DNA of 64,000 nucleotides from Oscillospiraceae bacterium (GTDB lineage Bacteria; Bacillota; Clostridia; Oscillospirales; Acutalibacteraceae): NCBI GenBank assembly GCA_015065425.1, contig SVQH01000007.1, positions 39,038 to 103,037 of the forward strand, read 5' to 3'. Shown piece by piece: positions 26,833 to 36,848 of this stretch (position 1 is its first letter; each line of letters starts with the position of its first letter). The notes under the pieces were generated by a model. It saw only the letters and a program-made list of their open reading frames with translations, ran no database searches and was not told where the DNA came from. The position numbers and the translations under genes were made by a program.

Positions 26833-27480
26833 ATGTTTGAAGTTTATAAAAAAGAAACAGGTCTTTACTGTACAAATTCATACATAGTAAAAGACCCCGT
26901 GTCAGAAGAGACAGCGGTAATTGACCCGGGTGTGTACGATGAGGAGTATGAAAATTTTCTTGTTCGTAACGGTGTTACAGGGATTAAATATATTCTTCTG
27001 ACACATGGTCATTTTGACCATATCTGCGGTGCTTACCATCTTAAGAAAAAGTACGGCGGCGAGATACTTATTCACGAAGAGGATGCTGTATGTCTTGAAA
27101 ATGCAGATGCAAGTCTCACCAATTCCGTAAGCGGTTATACCCAGGAGATTTGTACTGCCGACAGAAAGCTTTCCGATAATGATGAAATTTATCTCGGTGA
27201 AAATAAGATAAGGGTTATACATTCTCCCGGACATACAAGGGGAAGTATTCTGTTTGTTTCAGAAGGCTTGATTTTCTCGGGTGATACCCTTTTCAGGGGA
27301 AGTATGGGAAGAACAGACCTTCCGGGAGGAAGCACAAAAACCATATTCAGAACCCTTCGTGCAATAGGACAGATGCAGGGTGAATACAGAATATTGCCGG
27401 GACACGGAGAAGAAACATCTCTTTCTTATGAAAAAAGGAATAACAGGTATTTGAGAGCCAATGATACTTCACACACTTGA
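26833..27480 (+). CDS. MBL-fold metallo-hydrolase
   Basis: THGHFDHICG (HxHxDH) and HSPGHTRGS. The start could instead be the GTG at 26824. Confidence 0.8.
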   Translation: MFEVYKKETGLYCTNSYIVKDPVSEETAVIDPGVYDEEYENFLVRNGVTGIKYILLTHGHFDHICGAYHLKKKYGGEILIHEEDAVCLENADASLTNSVSGYTQEICTADRKLSDNDEIYLGENKIRVIHSPGHTRGSILFVSEGLIFSGDTLFRGSMGRTDLPGGSTKTIFRTLRAIGQMQGEYRILPGHGEETSLSYEKRNNRYLRANDTSHT

Positions 27481-28924
27481 ACATACATACAAATATGAAT
27501 GTGAAAAAATCTGCAGGATATATTTTCCGGCGGAGAAAATAGTTTTTGCCTGTGATAACGGTGTTCTTACTGCTGATTCCAAAGAGGTTTTTACAAAAAT
27601 TGAAGAAATTTCTGACAGCTTTGTTTTTTCGTGTAAAGCTGTAATTGACGGAAAAGAAGACAGCTTCTCTTTTTCCTGTGAAAAAGAAGGAAATGAAACC
27701 GATTCTCAGAAGGAACGGCTTCTTGCAAAGGCTATTGTGAAGGTGCTGACCTCTCTTACGGGAATCGTTCCCCCTTGGGGAATTCTTACGGGAGTAAGAC
27801 CTGCAAAGCTTATGAGAAATTACATAAATACTGAAGGCGAGGAGAGGGCACGTGAAATTTTCACCTCTTTTCTTGAGGTAACTCCTGAAAAGACAGCACT
27901 TGCTGCAGAGGTGGCAGGTTATGAAAATACCTGTATTGCCATGTCGGGAAAAAATTCCTTTTCCCTGTATGTTTCCATTCCCTTCTGTCCTACCCGCTGT
28001 TCATATTGCTCCTTCGTTTCTCATTCAATAGATAAAGCAAAAAAACTTATTCCCGATTATATAAAAAACCTGTGCCTTGAAATTGAAGAAACGGGAAAAC
28101 TCTGCAATGAGCTGGGACTGGTTCTTGAAACCGTTTATATAGGCGGCGGAACGCCCACTTCATTTTCAGCCGATGCTCTTTTTGCCATTACTTCTGCTCT
28201 GAACAAGAATTTTGACATGGATAATATAAAAGAATTCACGGTAGAAGCAGGCAGACCCGATACTGTGGACGAAGAAAAACTGAGAGTTCTTAAAAATGCA
28301 GGGGTAACAAGAATAAGTATAAATCCCCAGACTTTTTCTGACAGTGTTCTTGAAGCCATAGGAAGGCGGCATACTGCTGAGGATACCGTTGAAAAGTTTT
28401 ATCTTGCAAGAAAAACAGGCTTTGATAATATCAATATGGATCTTATCGCGGGACTTCCCCATGACAGCTTTGAGGGATTCAGAGAGAGTCTTGATAAGGC
28501 ATGTGAGCTTTCTCCGGAAAATATCACCGTACACACTCTTGCTCTTAAGAGAGCTGCTGATATTGTAACGGGGAATGAAGCTGATTCTGTTTGCAGAGAA
28601 ACGGAAAAAATGGTATGTTATGCAAGCAAAAAGCTTACTGAATGCGGCTATCATCCGTATTATATGTACCGTCAGAGTAAATCTGTCGGAAATCTCGAAA
28701 ATGTCGGCTGGTGTAAAAAAGATAAGCCCTGCCTTTATAATATTTATATGATGGAAGAGATACACACGGTTCTTGCCGTAGGTGCGGCGGCTGTGACAAA
28801 GCTTAAAGATGAAACTTCCCTTGAAAGGGTATATAATTTTAAATATCCTTACGAATACATATCTCGCTTTTCCGAAATTATTGAAAAAAAAGATGCCGTG
28901 CGTAAGTTTTGTCTGCGGACATAA
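27461..28924 (+). CDS. HemZ-like oxygen-independent coproporphyrinogen-III-oxidase-family radical SAM protein
   Basis: CPTRCSYCSF radical SAM cluster motif, GGGTP, and a HemN-like C-terminal region with a long N-terminal extension. Confidence 0.75.
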   Translation: MILHTLEHTYKYECEKICRIYFPAEKIVFACDNGVLTADSKEVFTKIEEISDSFVFSCKAVIDGKEDSFSFSCEKEGNETDSQKERLLAKAIVKVLTSLTGIVPPWGILTGVRPAKLMRNYINTEGEERAREIFTSFLEVTPEKTALAAEVAGYENTCIAMSGKNSFSLYVSIPFCPTRCSYCSFVSHSIDKAKKLIPDYIKNLCLEIEETGKLCNELGLVLETVYIGGGTPTSFSADALFAITSALNKNFDMDNIKEFTVEAGRPDTVDEEKLRVLKNAGVTRISINPQTFSDSVLEAIGRRHTAEDTVEKFYLARKTGFDNINMDLIAGLPHDSFEGFRESLDKACELSPENITVHTLALKRAADIVTGNEADSVCRETEKMVCYASKKLTECGYHPYYMYRQSKSVGNLENVGWCKKDKPCLYNIYMMEEIHTVLAVGAAAVTKLKDETSLERVYNFKYPYEYISRFSEIIEKKDAVRKFCLRT

Positions 28925-28978
28925 TGCAAGTCCTGTCGGCATAAGTATAATTGAAAAGATAATGTCAGGAGAATTACG

Positions 28979-30745
28979 ATGGCTGAACGAAAAAAACAAT
29001 CTCTGCTGAACGGTGCTCTGGTACTGTCTGCGGCGATAATAATAGTTAAAATAACGGGCATATTTTTCAAGCTGTATGTAACACAAAAAATCGGATTTAC
29101 CGCAAAGGGGTATTTTGCAACCGCATATAACATATATACCCCCATATATTCAATAGCACTTGCGGGACTTCCGACTGCTGTTTCAAAAATAGTTGCGGAA
29201 AAGGCGGCTCAGGGCAAATATAAGGATGTAAAGAAGCTTTTCAGTGTTTCTACGGGACTTTTCACTCTTATGGGACTTATAGGAACTTTGGTAATAATTC
29301 TTCTTGCCTATCCTTATGCACAGTCTGTAGGCTCCATTGATGCACTGCCCGCTATATTCACAGTTGCCCCTTCTTTGCTGTTCTGCTGTATCATGAGCGG
29401 GTACAGAGGCTATTATCAGGGGCTCAGAAACATGAATCCTTCTGCTGTGTCGCAGGTGATAGAAGCCTCCGGTAAACTTATATTCGGTTTTATTTTTATG
29501 AATGTTGTACTGGGTATGGGTGTAGAATTTGCAGACAGTATTCCCGTACTTAATACTATAGTAACTGACGTGACTGCGGCTTATGCGGCTGCGGCGGCAA
29601 TATCAGGTGTTACCATTGGCTCGGTTATGGCACTTGTTTATATTGTCGTCAGGCATAAGCTTGATAAGAATACCGTGTCAAAAGAATTATATGATGCTTC
29701 CCCTAAAAGCGAAAGTAAAAAGGCTTTAAGAAAACAGCTTTTGTCTCTTGCACTTCCCATTGCGGTAAGCTCCCTTGTTTTCAATCTTACGACTTTTATC
29801 GATAACTGGACTATACAGAACAGACTTCAGTATGTGCTTGACAATAATTTCGATGCCGTGGCAAGTGTGTTCCCCGGAATAATCGCGGCAACGGGATTTG
29901 TGGCTTCTCAGGCAGCAGAATTCAAGTCATATCTTTTCGGATCTTATGACACGGTTCTTGAAATTAAGAATATTATCCCCACATTTACAATTACTCTGGG
30001 ACTTTCTGCTATCCCTGTGCTCAGTGAAGCATGGATAAAGAAAAATAAAAAAGCCGCAGCAAATGCCATTTCTTCTGTTATAAGAATTACAATGCTCATA
30101 TCCCTTCCTGCAGGACTCGGTCTTTTTGTCCTCTCTGAAGAAATTCTGCAACTTATTTACGGAAACAATATGAATACTGCACCTGCAATAGAATATATTG
30201 CTCCCATTCTTATGGCTTACGGTATATCGGTGTGCTTCCTTGCACTGGCTCAGCCCATTACAAATATGCTTCAGGCTGTAAACAGAACCGATGTGCCCAT
30301 AAAGAGTATGGCAATAGGTGCAGTTGTGAAAATCATTGCCAATTTCGTATTGGTAAGTATTCCTTCAATAAATATTTACGGTGCAGTTGTAGGTTCATTT
30401 CTTTGTAATCTTGTAATGGTCATGTACGGACTCATTGTTCTTAAAAAAGAGACAGGTATGATATATGATAAAATGTCGTTGCTCTTTAAACCTCTTTTAA
30501 GTTCCGTACTGAGTGCCGCCGGTGCATATCTTGTAAACAGTGTACTGTTAAGATTTATCGGTGAATACAGTATCGGACCTCTTTCGGGAGAAGCGGTTTC
30601 TACTGTATCTGCCGTTTTTGCAGCAGTGATAATTTATGCAGTAGCCCTTCTTCTTACGGGAGCTTTACAAAAAAGTGACATAAGAATGCTTCCAAAAGGA
30701 GAAAAAATCGCAAAAGTACTTGAAAAATATAGACTTTTAGGTTAA
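28979..30745 (+). CDS. MOP-superfamily polysaccharide/lipid-II flippase (YabM/SpoVB/MurJ-like)
   Basis: 588 aa with about 14 TM segments, in the conserved position upstream of mazG. Confidence 0.7.
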   Translation: MAERKKQSLLNGALVLSAAIIIVKITGIFFKLYVTQKIGFTAKGYFATAYNIYTPIYSIALAGLPTAVSKIVAEKAAQGKYKDVKKLFSVSTGLFTLMGLIGTLVIILLAYPYAQSVGSIDALPAIFTVAPSLLFCCIMSGYRGYYQGLRNMNPSAVSQVIEASGKLIFGFIFMNVVLGMGVEFADSIPVLNTIVTDVTAAYAAAAAISGVTIGSVMALVYIVVRHKLDKNTVSKELYDASPKSESKKALRKQLLSLALPIAVSSLVFNLTTFIDNWTIQNRLQYVLDNNFDAVASVFPGIIAATGFVASQAAEFKSYLFGSYDTVLEIKNIIPTFTITLGLSAIPVLSEAWIKKNKKAAANAISSVIRITMLISLPAGLGLFVLSEEILQLIYGNNMNTAPAIEYIAPILMAYGISVCFLALAQPITNMLQAVNRTDVPIKSMAIGAVVKIIANFVLVSIPSINIYGAVVGSFLCNLVMVMYGLIVLKKETGMIYDKMSLLFKPLLSSVLSAAGAYLVNSVLLRFIGEYSIGPLSGEAVSTVSAVFAAVIIYAVALLLTGALQKSDIRMLPKGEKIAKVLEKYRLLG

Positions 30746-30786
30746 AATACAATTCAGCGTACATTTTTGTGGAAGGCGGTAATACT

Positions 30787-31602
30787 ATGGTTGACGGTTT
30801 TCAGTTTAAGGAAAGATATGACTGTGATGACCTTCTAAACATTGTTTCCGTACTTCGTTCTCCCGGCGGATGTCCCTGGGATGCCGAGCAGACACATGAG
30901 AGTATAAGAAAAGATTTCATTGAAGAAACTTACGAGGTTATTGAAGCCATAAACAAAAAAGACCCCTCAATGCTCCGTGAAGAGCTGGGAGATGTTCTTC
31001 TTCAGGTGGTTTTCCATACGCTTATAGAAACGGAGAAGGGTTCTTTCAACTTTTCCGATGTCTGCGATGAAATATGTAAAAAACTTATAATAAGACATCC
31101 CCATGTTTTCGGTGATGTAAGTGTTTCATCCACTGAAGAGGTACTCACCAACTGGGATGCCATAAAGATGAACACCAAAAATCAGAAAAGCACAACTCAG
31201 GCAATGGAATCCATTCCGAGAGAGCTACCTGCTCTTATGAGGGCGAATAAGGTACAGAAGAAGGCATCAAAGGTCGGTTTTGACTGGGATGATGCTGAAG
31301 GTGCTCTTATTAAAGTTAAAGAAGAGACAACAGAGGTTGAAGAAGCCCTGAAAGACGGAAACAAGAACAGTATAGAAGACGAAATAGGCGATCTTCTTTT
31401 TGCTGTCGTAAATGTTTCGAGATTTGCAGGTGTTGACCCGGAAGAAGCTCTTACAGGTGCTACTGATAAGTTTTTCAGAAGATTTGCTTATGTTGAAAAG
31501 GCAGCGGAAGAAAAAAATATAGATATGAAAACTGCAGGGCTCAGTGTTCTTGATGAACTCTGGGAACAGGCAAAGAAAAACACAAAGGAACAAATGCTTT
31601 AA
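30787..31602 (+). CDS. mazG: nucleoside triphosphate pyrophosphohydrolase MazG
   Basis: Two MazG repeats with EETYEVIEAI...ELGDVLLQV and EEALKD...EIGDLLFAVV. Confidence 0.85.
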   Translation: MVDGFQFKERYDCDDLLNIVSVLRSPGGCPWDAEQTHESIRKDFIEETYEVIEAINKKDPSMLREELGDVLLQVVFHTLIETEKGSFNFSDVCDEICKKLIIRHPHVFGDVSVSSTEEVLTNWDAIKMNTKNQKSTTQAMESIPRELPALMRANKVQKKASKVGFDWDDAEGALIKVKEETTEVEEALKDGNKNSIEDEIGDLLFAVVNVSRFAGVDPEEALTGATDKFFRRFAYVEKAAEEKNIDMKTAGLSVLDELWEQAKKNTKEQML

Positions 31603-31635
31603 TAAGCTTTTGAATAAATAAGGAGGTAAAAAACA

Positions 31636-31905
31636 ATGAACAAGACTGATCTCGTAAATGCAGTTGCTGCAAAGGGACTTGCAAAGAAGGATGCTGAAGC
31701 AGCAGTTAAGGCTGTGTTTGAAAGCATTACAGACGCTCTCAAGAACGGTGAAAAGGTTCAGCTTATCGGCTTCGGTACATTTGAAGTTCGTGCAAGAGCT
31801 GAAAAGGAAGCTCGTAACCCCAGAACAGGCGAAACCATCAAGGTTGCTGCTACAAAGGTTCCCGCTTTCAAAGCAGGTCAGGCTCTCAAAGATGCCGTTA
31901 AATAA
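31636..31905 (+). CDS. hup: HU family DNA-binding protein
   Basis: MNKTDLV...[22 protein letters not shown]. It has a strong RBS AAGGAGG and high-expression codon usage. Confidence 0.93.
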   Translation: MNKTDLVNAVAAKGLAKKDAEAAVKAVFESITDALKNGEKVQLIGFGTFEVRARAEKEARNPRTGETIKVAATKVPAFKAGQALKDAVK

Positions 31906-31925
31906 TTGAATCCCGTTTTAATATT

Positions 31926-31960
31926 GAACCGCACGGATTGTTGCGGTTCTTTATTATTTT
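31926..31960 (+). terminator. rho-independent terminator after hup
   Basis: gaaccgca-cggattgt-tgcggttc followed by a T-rich tract. Confidence 0.7.
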
Positions 31961-31974
31961 TATGGGCTTGTCGG

Positions 31975-32025
31975 CAGAAAAAAGGCTCTGACAGAACAGT
32001 AATCCGGTGTTTTGTCAGAGCCTTT
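31975..32025 (-). terminator. rho-independent terminator of the minus-strand phosphoesterase operon
   Basis: aaaggctctgaca...tgtcagagccttt inverted repeat with a T-run on the minus strand. Confidence 0.65.
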
Positions 32026-32045
32026 GATTTGTCTTTTTTATTTGT

Positions 32046-33044
32046 TTATGTGTTTAGGTATTCGTAGCTTTCCACAAAATCCGAAGACCTTACCATATAT
32101 GTGTTTATGTTCCAGGGGTCTTCTTCCGTGATGTCTATAACTCTTCCACCGCGGAGGTCTCCGTGGCAGTAACCGTCATAGCCTATACCTGCATCATAGG
32201 TAAGATTTATTCCGAGATAGGTGCCCTCACAGTCGTTTATGTGGTCATGTCCCGCGACAACAGTTTTTACATCGCCTCTCTGAACAAGGGTTGCGAAAAG
32301 TCCGGTGTTTACGGGACCGCTTCCTATGCCTTCTCTTCGGGTGCCCTTGAAATTGGTTTCTGCCACATTTTTATAAGGCAGACAATATTCAGGGAACGCC
32401 ATGTGAAGTACCATACAGCCGGGAACCTTGCTGCCGTTTTCCTCTTCAATTCTCTTAGAAGTATTCCAGTACCACATAATCTGGTCAAATTTTACTGCAT
32501 CATAACCTGCACTGACATGAAGGGGATCGGGAAGCTTTGCAATTTTTCCGTCTGCAGGAAGTCCGCAGTAGGTAAGGAATTCACCTATTCCTCTGCCTGA
32601 GTCAAGTCCCCATATATTATATACTGTTTTATCCGATATTTCGGATTTTATCTGAAGTACCCAGTTTCCCGTTCCGCTGACATCCTCGGGACCTGCTTCG
32701 GAAAGACAGCCTTCTATGCTCTCATAAACAGGCTGCTGGTCTTTTACGGCAAAACCTTTTTCCGCATCATGATTACCGAATACATGTGCCCAAGGTATGT
32801 TTCTGTCATTGAGCGGTTTTACGATTGCCGACATAAAGTTTTTCAGAGTTTCTGCATTTTCTGCTCCGTCCCTCCATACATTATCACCTAAAAACAGTAC
32901 AAGGTCCGGCTTTATTCCTTCAACTATTGCTTCAATATCACGGACTACCCGTGTATCAAAATCTTTGATGCCGTGTGAATCGGAAAAACAGATAAATCTG
33001 AATTTTCCGTTTTTAAATCTTAATTCTTTTTTCATGTCATTCAC
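32046..33044 (-). CDS. metallophosphoesterase family protein
   Basis: FSDSHG, GDNVWRD, GNHD and GHDH motifs. Its start overlaps the stop of the upstream gene; an alternative ATG is at 33035. Confidence 0.75.
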   Translation of the reverse strand: MNDMKKELRFKNGKFRFICFSDSHGIKDFDTRVVRDIEAIVEGIKPDLVLFLGDNVWRDGAENAETLKNFMSAIVKPLNDRNIPWAHVFGNHDAEKGFAVKDQQPVYESIEGCLSEAGPEDVSGTGNWVLQIKSEISDKTVYNIWGLDSGRGIGEFLTYCGLPADGKIAKLPDPLHVSAGYDAVKFDQIMWYWNTSKRIEEENGSKVPGCMVLHMAFPEYCLPYKNVAETNFKGTRREGIGSGPVNTGLFATLVQRGDVKTVVAGHDHINDCEGTYLGINLTYDAGIGYDGYCHGDLRGGRVIDITEEDPWNINTYMVRSSDFVESYEYLNT

Positions 33045-34581
33045 CGTAGTAATATTTTTTGAGAGATTCTATGGAAGCATCGTTTATTGCTTCACCCGTT
33101 ATGATAACATCGTCAAGCCTGAAAATAAAATCGTGGGAAATATTGTTATACTGTCCCTTGCCGTCATTTCCTATTATAAACGGATACTGTGTATCGTATG
33201 AAATACGGAAATCTTCGGGAATACTTACGACATGACGGAGCTTGAAATTGTTATAAAACCGCACTTCATTATATTCTCTGTCAAAGGCTGCCGCATAATG
33301 CATCCATCCGCCGTCCATTTCTTCGGGGAAGGGTACCACGGTGTCTATATGGTCTTCACCGTTTGACATATTGAATACGATGTCACTGTTTCGGAGAGCC
33401 ACGGTTATACCCTTTTCTCTGCGGTTCTGCCACCACCAGTTCTGATTGCTCATGATTGCAGGAGCTTCCGTTATGGATGCATCCGTTTCTACCCAGAAAG
33501 CGATGGAGAAGCTCTCTTCTCCAAGAGAAATACTGCTTGTTTCAGCAAAGCCTGTTTTTCCGAATTCGCAGCAGGCTCCGTTTACTCCGTTTGAGTAAAA
33601 TTTTACTGTGCCGTGCTGTGTAATACTGCATTTTCCCGAATTATCCGTCAGGTCATTATCAAGGTGCATCAGGAGTTTAATATTATCTTTTTCTATGAAC
33701 TCAAATATATTCCCCGGTGTTTCCCTTGAGGGAATGACGGTTTTTTCTATGGGTTTTCTGTAGTAGGGTTTTGTTCCTTCCCATATTCCTTCGGGAATCT
33801 GTGAAGTAAAGCCGTTTTCGTCATATTCCGGTACACTGAGTCCGAGAGCGGCAAGAACAATGGCTGCAATGTCTCTTGTCTCTGCATAGTTTATAAAGCC
33901 GCTGTTTACATCTTTACCCGATATACCTAAAAAGACATATTTCTCAGTATCCGTATATCCGCCGTGACCTGTTCGTACTCCGCCATGGTCCGCTATAACA
34001 ATGAAGAGAGTATCTTCAAGAATTCCGGCATCTTTGTATGCATTATAGATTTCACCTGTATATCCGTCTGCCCTTTTTATTTCTTCATAATGGAGCTGAC
34101 TTCCGTAGCCTCCCGAGTGACCTGCCCCATCAACATCGTCAAACTGAACAAACAGGAATTTCGGTTTTTTTCGCACACATTCAAGTATCAGAGGGGTAAG
34201 CTCCTTATCGTTTGAAGCGGTGATTTTTTCAACGCCGATTCCGTCTTCAACAATTCCGTGATTTATGGGGTTCCAGTTGCATACAGATGCAAGATAACAC
34301 TCCGGGTCGGTTTCTCTTATTCTTCTGAATACCGATGGAAGTGCATCATTTGTGTATTTTTCATTGCTGACTTTTCCGTTGGTGAGCTTATGTACGAGAG
34401 GTGTTGCTCCGAGAAGCATTGCTCCCCAGTTTTCCGCACTGATGGTAGGATTCTGCGACAGAGCAGACCATGCGACGGCTCCGTTTTTGAATATTTTGTC
34501 AAGATTTGGTGTTTCTGTCTGAGAATTGAATTTTCCCATACCGTCAATACCTATTACCGCAACATATTTATATAAAAACAT
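33037..34581 (-). CDS. alkaline-phosphatase-superfamily (type I phosphodiesterase/nucleotide pyrophosphatase-like) protein fused to a LamG/concanavalin-A-like C-terminal domain
   Basis: VIGIDGMG, DDVDGAGHSGGYGS and IADHGG metal-site motifs. The C-terminal about 200 aa resemble a laminin-G-type jelly roll (FWVE...FNMSNGED...). No signal peptide is evident. Confidence 0.6.
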   Translation of the reverse strand: MFLYKYVAVIGIDGMGKFNSQTETPNLDKIFKNGAVAWSALSQNPTISAENWGAMLLGATPLVHKLTNGKVSNEKYTNDALPSVFRRIRETDPECYLASVCNWNPINHGIVEDGIGVEKITASNDKELTPLILECVRKKPKFLFVQFDDVDGAGHSGGYGSQLHYEEIKRADGYTGEIYNAYKDAGILEDTLFIVIADHGGVRTGHGGYTDTEKYVFLGISGKDVNSGFINYAETRDIAAIVLAALGLSVPEYDENGFTSQIPEGIWEGTKPYYRKPIEKTVIPSRETPGNIFEFIEKDNIKLLMHLDNDLTDNSGKCSITQHGTVKFYSNGVNGACCEFGKTGFAETSSISLGEESFSIAFWVETDASITEAPAIMSNQNWWWQNRREKGITVALRNSDIVFNMSNGEDHIDTVVPFPEEMDGGWMHYAAAFDREYNEVRFYNNFKLRHVVSIPEDFRISYDTQYPFIIGNDGKGQYNNISHDFIFRLDDVIITGEAINDASIESLKKYYYGE

Positions 34582-34693
34582 AGACATCATCTCCTTATTT
34601 TGTTTATATAATAACTGAATCTGTAAGTCAATATTGCATATATGACAAAGTATTACAAATTGTTATATTTTGTTACAATCAGGTGCTATCGGC

Positions 34694-34722
34694 TTGACAA
34701 AAATGCCTGTGAAGTTTATAAT
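34694..34722 (+). promoter_or_regulatory. consensus sigma-A promoter of the peptide ABC operon
   Basis: TTGACA, 17-nt spacer, TATAAT (perfect consensus), about 120 nt upstream of the first ATG. Confidence 0.75.
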
Positions 34723-34844
34723 AATCAGAGATTGTCATGATGATTTTTACGCATAAAAGCGGTCTTCTCCGTTTTCGTGTTAAGTATTAATTGTGTTTGA
34801 CCTATAAAAATCGTTATTAAGCGGAAAATGAGAGGAGAAACTGT

Positions 34845-35756
34845 ATGTTAAGATATGTTGTGAAGCGTGTCGCCCTTGCACTTGTAACGATACTTATAAT
34901 ATGCGCTATCACATTCTTTGCTATGCATGCTGTTCCCGGCGGTCCCTTCAACAGTGAAAAAGCACTTGATCCCGCCACAGTAAAGGCTCTTGAGGAGAGA
35001 TACGGACTTGATGACCCCCTTCCCATTCAGTTTTTGAACTGGATGAAAGGTCTTGTGACAGGCGATTTCGGCGTGTCACTTAAAAACGGAAGAGAAATAA
35101 GTGCCATTATAGGTGAATCCTTCCCCATTTCGGCAAGGCTCGGTCTGATGGCTATGGCTGTGGCGTTGTCGTTGGGTGTCGTATTCGGAAGTATTGCAGC
35201 ACTGATGAGGAATAAGTTACCTGACAGAATTATCGTATTTTTCTCGACACTTTTTACTGCTGTTCCGTCCTTCGTTCTTGCAACACTGCTTCTTCTTGTG
35301 TTCTGTATAACACTTAAATGGATACCCGTGTGGGATGCCAATAACCCGAATTACATTCTTCCCGTTATTGCTCTTGCTGCGTACCCCATGGCTTATGTTA
35401 CAAGACTTTCAAAGACGAGTATGCTTGATGCACTCAGCCAGGACTATATCCGTACTGCACAGGCAAAGGGTGTTTCCAGAGTCAAGCTTATATTTAAGCA
35501 TGCTCTCAGAAATTCTCTTATCCCCGTAATTACTTACGCAGGTCCTCAGATTGCATACATAATTACAGGTTCAATGGTTGTTGAGACCATCTTTACCGTA
35601 GGCGGTATCGGAAGTAAGTTCATTACAGCTATCAATGACCGTGACTATACAATGATAATGGCAACTACCGTGTTCCTTGCAACACTTATGGTTGTTGCAA
35701 ATCTTCTCTGCGATCTTCTTTATAAAGCAGTCGATCCCAGAATCAAGTTTGATTAA
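34845..35756 (+). CDS. Opp/Dpp-type peptide ABC transporter permease (OppB-like)
   Basis: 303 aa and multi-TM. MLRYVVKRV is a typical OppB N-terminus, and the EAA loop reads DYIRTAQAKGVS. Confidence 0.85.
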   Translation: MLRYVVKRVALALVTILIICAITFFAMHAVPGGPFNSEKALDPATVKALEERYGLDDPLPIQFLNWMKGLVTGDFGVSLKNGREISAIIGESFPISARLGLMAMAVALSLGVVFGSIAALMRNKLPDRIIVFFSTLFTAVPSFVLATLLLLVFCITLKWIPVWDANNPNYILPVIALAAYPMAYVTRLSKTSMLDALSQDYIRTAQAKGVSRVKLIFKHALRNSLIPVITYAGPQIAYIITGSMVVETIFTVGGIGSKFITAINDRDYTMIMATTVFLATLMVVANLLCDLLYKAVDPRIKFD

Positions 35757-35768
35757 GGAGGGGCAAAA

Positions 35769-36842
35769 ATGGATAAAAAATTAAATGACCTTCCTAAGAA
35801 AAATTTACTCAGCACTCAGATTGACCTTTCAAAGTTTAATAAGGCTACCGATGAAGAAAAGGCTCAGCAGGATGTCATGAGTAAGAGTACTACCTTCTTT
35901 AAGGACGGTATGAAAAGACTCTTCAAAAATCCTCTTGCAGTATTGAGTATAGTGCTTCTTTCCGCTATTCTTATTCTTATTATTTTTGCACCTATGGTCA
36001 TTCCTTACGGTTATGATGAAATTCTCAAAGTTGACGGAAAGCGTGACAGAGGTGCACAGAATCTTGCTCCCTTTGAATACAGTGAAATGGAGCAGGAATA
36101 CATTGCAAACGGCGGCGAGCGTTTCCCGCATATTCTCGGAACGGATGAGCTTTGCCGTGACTATTTTGTTCGTGTTATTTACGGTACAAGAGTTTCCCTT
36201 GCCGTAGGTCTCTTCGCAAGTATCATTGTTCTTATTATCGGTCTTATTTACGGAAGTATTTCAGGCTATCTCGGCGGAAAAGTCGACCTTGTGATGATGC
36301 GTATCGTAGATATTATTTACTCTCTTCCCGATATGCTTATTATCATTCTTCTTTCCGTTGTGCTCAATGAGGTGCTTGTATTCAAGCCCGGTACCATATT
36401 TGCGGAGCTGGGAACTAATATGATATCCATATTTATAGTTTTCGGTCTTCTTTATTGGGTAAGTATGGCACGTCTTATCAGAGGTCAGATTCTTTCTATC
36501 AAGGAAAATGAATATATTCTTGCTGCCCGTTCAATAGGTGCTAAGCCTACAAGAATTATCAGCAAGCACATTATTCCCAACTGTCTTTCTGTTATTATTA
36601 TTTCGGTTGCCCTTCAGATACCTTCCGCAATTTTTACGGAAAGTTATCTTTCCTTCGTAGGTCTCGGTGTTAAAGCACCCATGCCTTCCCTCGGCTCTCT
36701 TGCAAATGCCGCAAGAGACGGAATTATGTCATATCCCCACAAACTTGTTTTCCCCGCTATTATGATATGCCTTATCGTTCTGAGTCTCAACCTTCTCGGT
36801 GACGGTCTCAGAGACGCATTTGATCCTAAATTAAAGAGGTGA
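35769..36842 (+). CDS. Opp/Dpp-type peptide ABC transporter permease (OppC-like)
   Basis: 357 aa, with an OppC N-terminal extension and the EAA loop EYILAARSIGAKPTRII. Confidence 0.85.
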   Translation: MDKKLNDLPKKNLLSTQIDLSKFNKATDEEKAQQDVMSKSTTFFKDGMKRLFKNPLAVLSIVLLSAILILIIFAPMVIPYGYDEILKVDGKRDRGAQNLAPFEYSEMEQEYIANGGERFPHILGTDELCRDYFVRVIYGTRVSLAVGLFASIIVLIIGLIYGSISGYLGGKVDLVMMRIVDIIYSLPDMLIIILLSVVLNEVLVFKPGTIFAELGTNMISIFIVFGLLYWVSMARLIRGQILSIKENEYILAARSIGAKPTRIISKHIIPNCLSVIIISVALQIPSAIFTESYLSFVGLGVKAPMPSLGSLANAARDGIMSYPHKLVFPAIMICLIVLSLNLLGDGLRDAFDPKLKR

Positions 36843-36848
36843 CGAAAG

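Noticed and set aside
34735-34788. Short upstream ORF (MMIFTHKSGLLRFRVKY) in the 5' UTR of the peptide ABC operon, considered as a possible leader peptide
   Set aside because: It has no Shine-Dalgarno sequence. No attenuator-like alternative hairpins are evident, and its composition is not informative.
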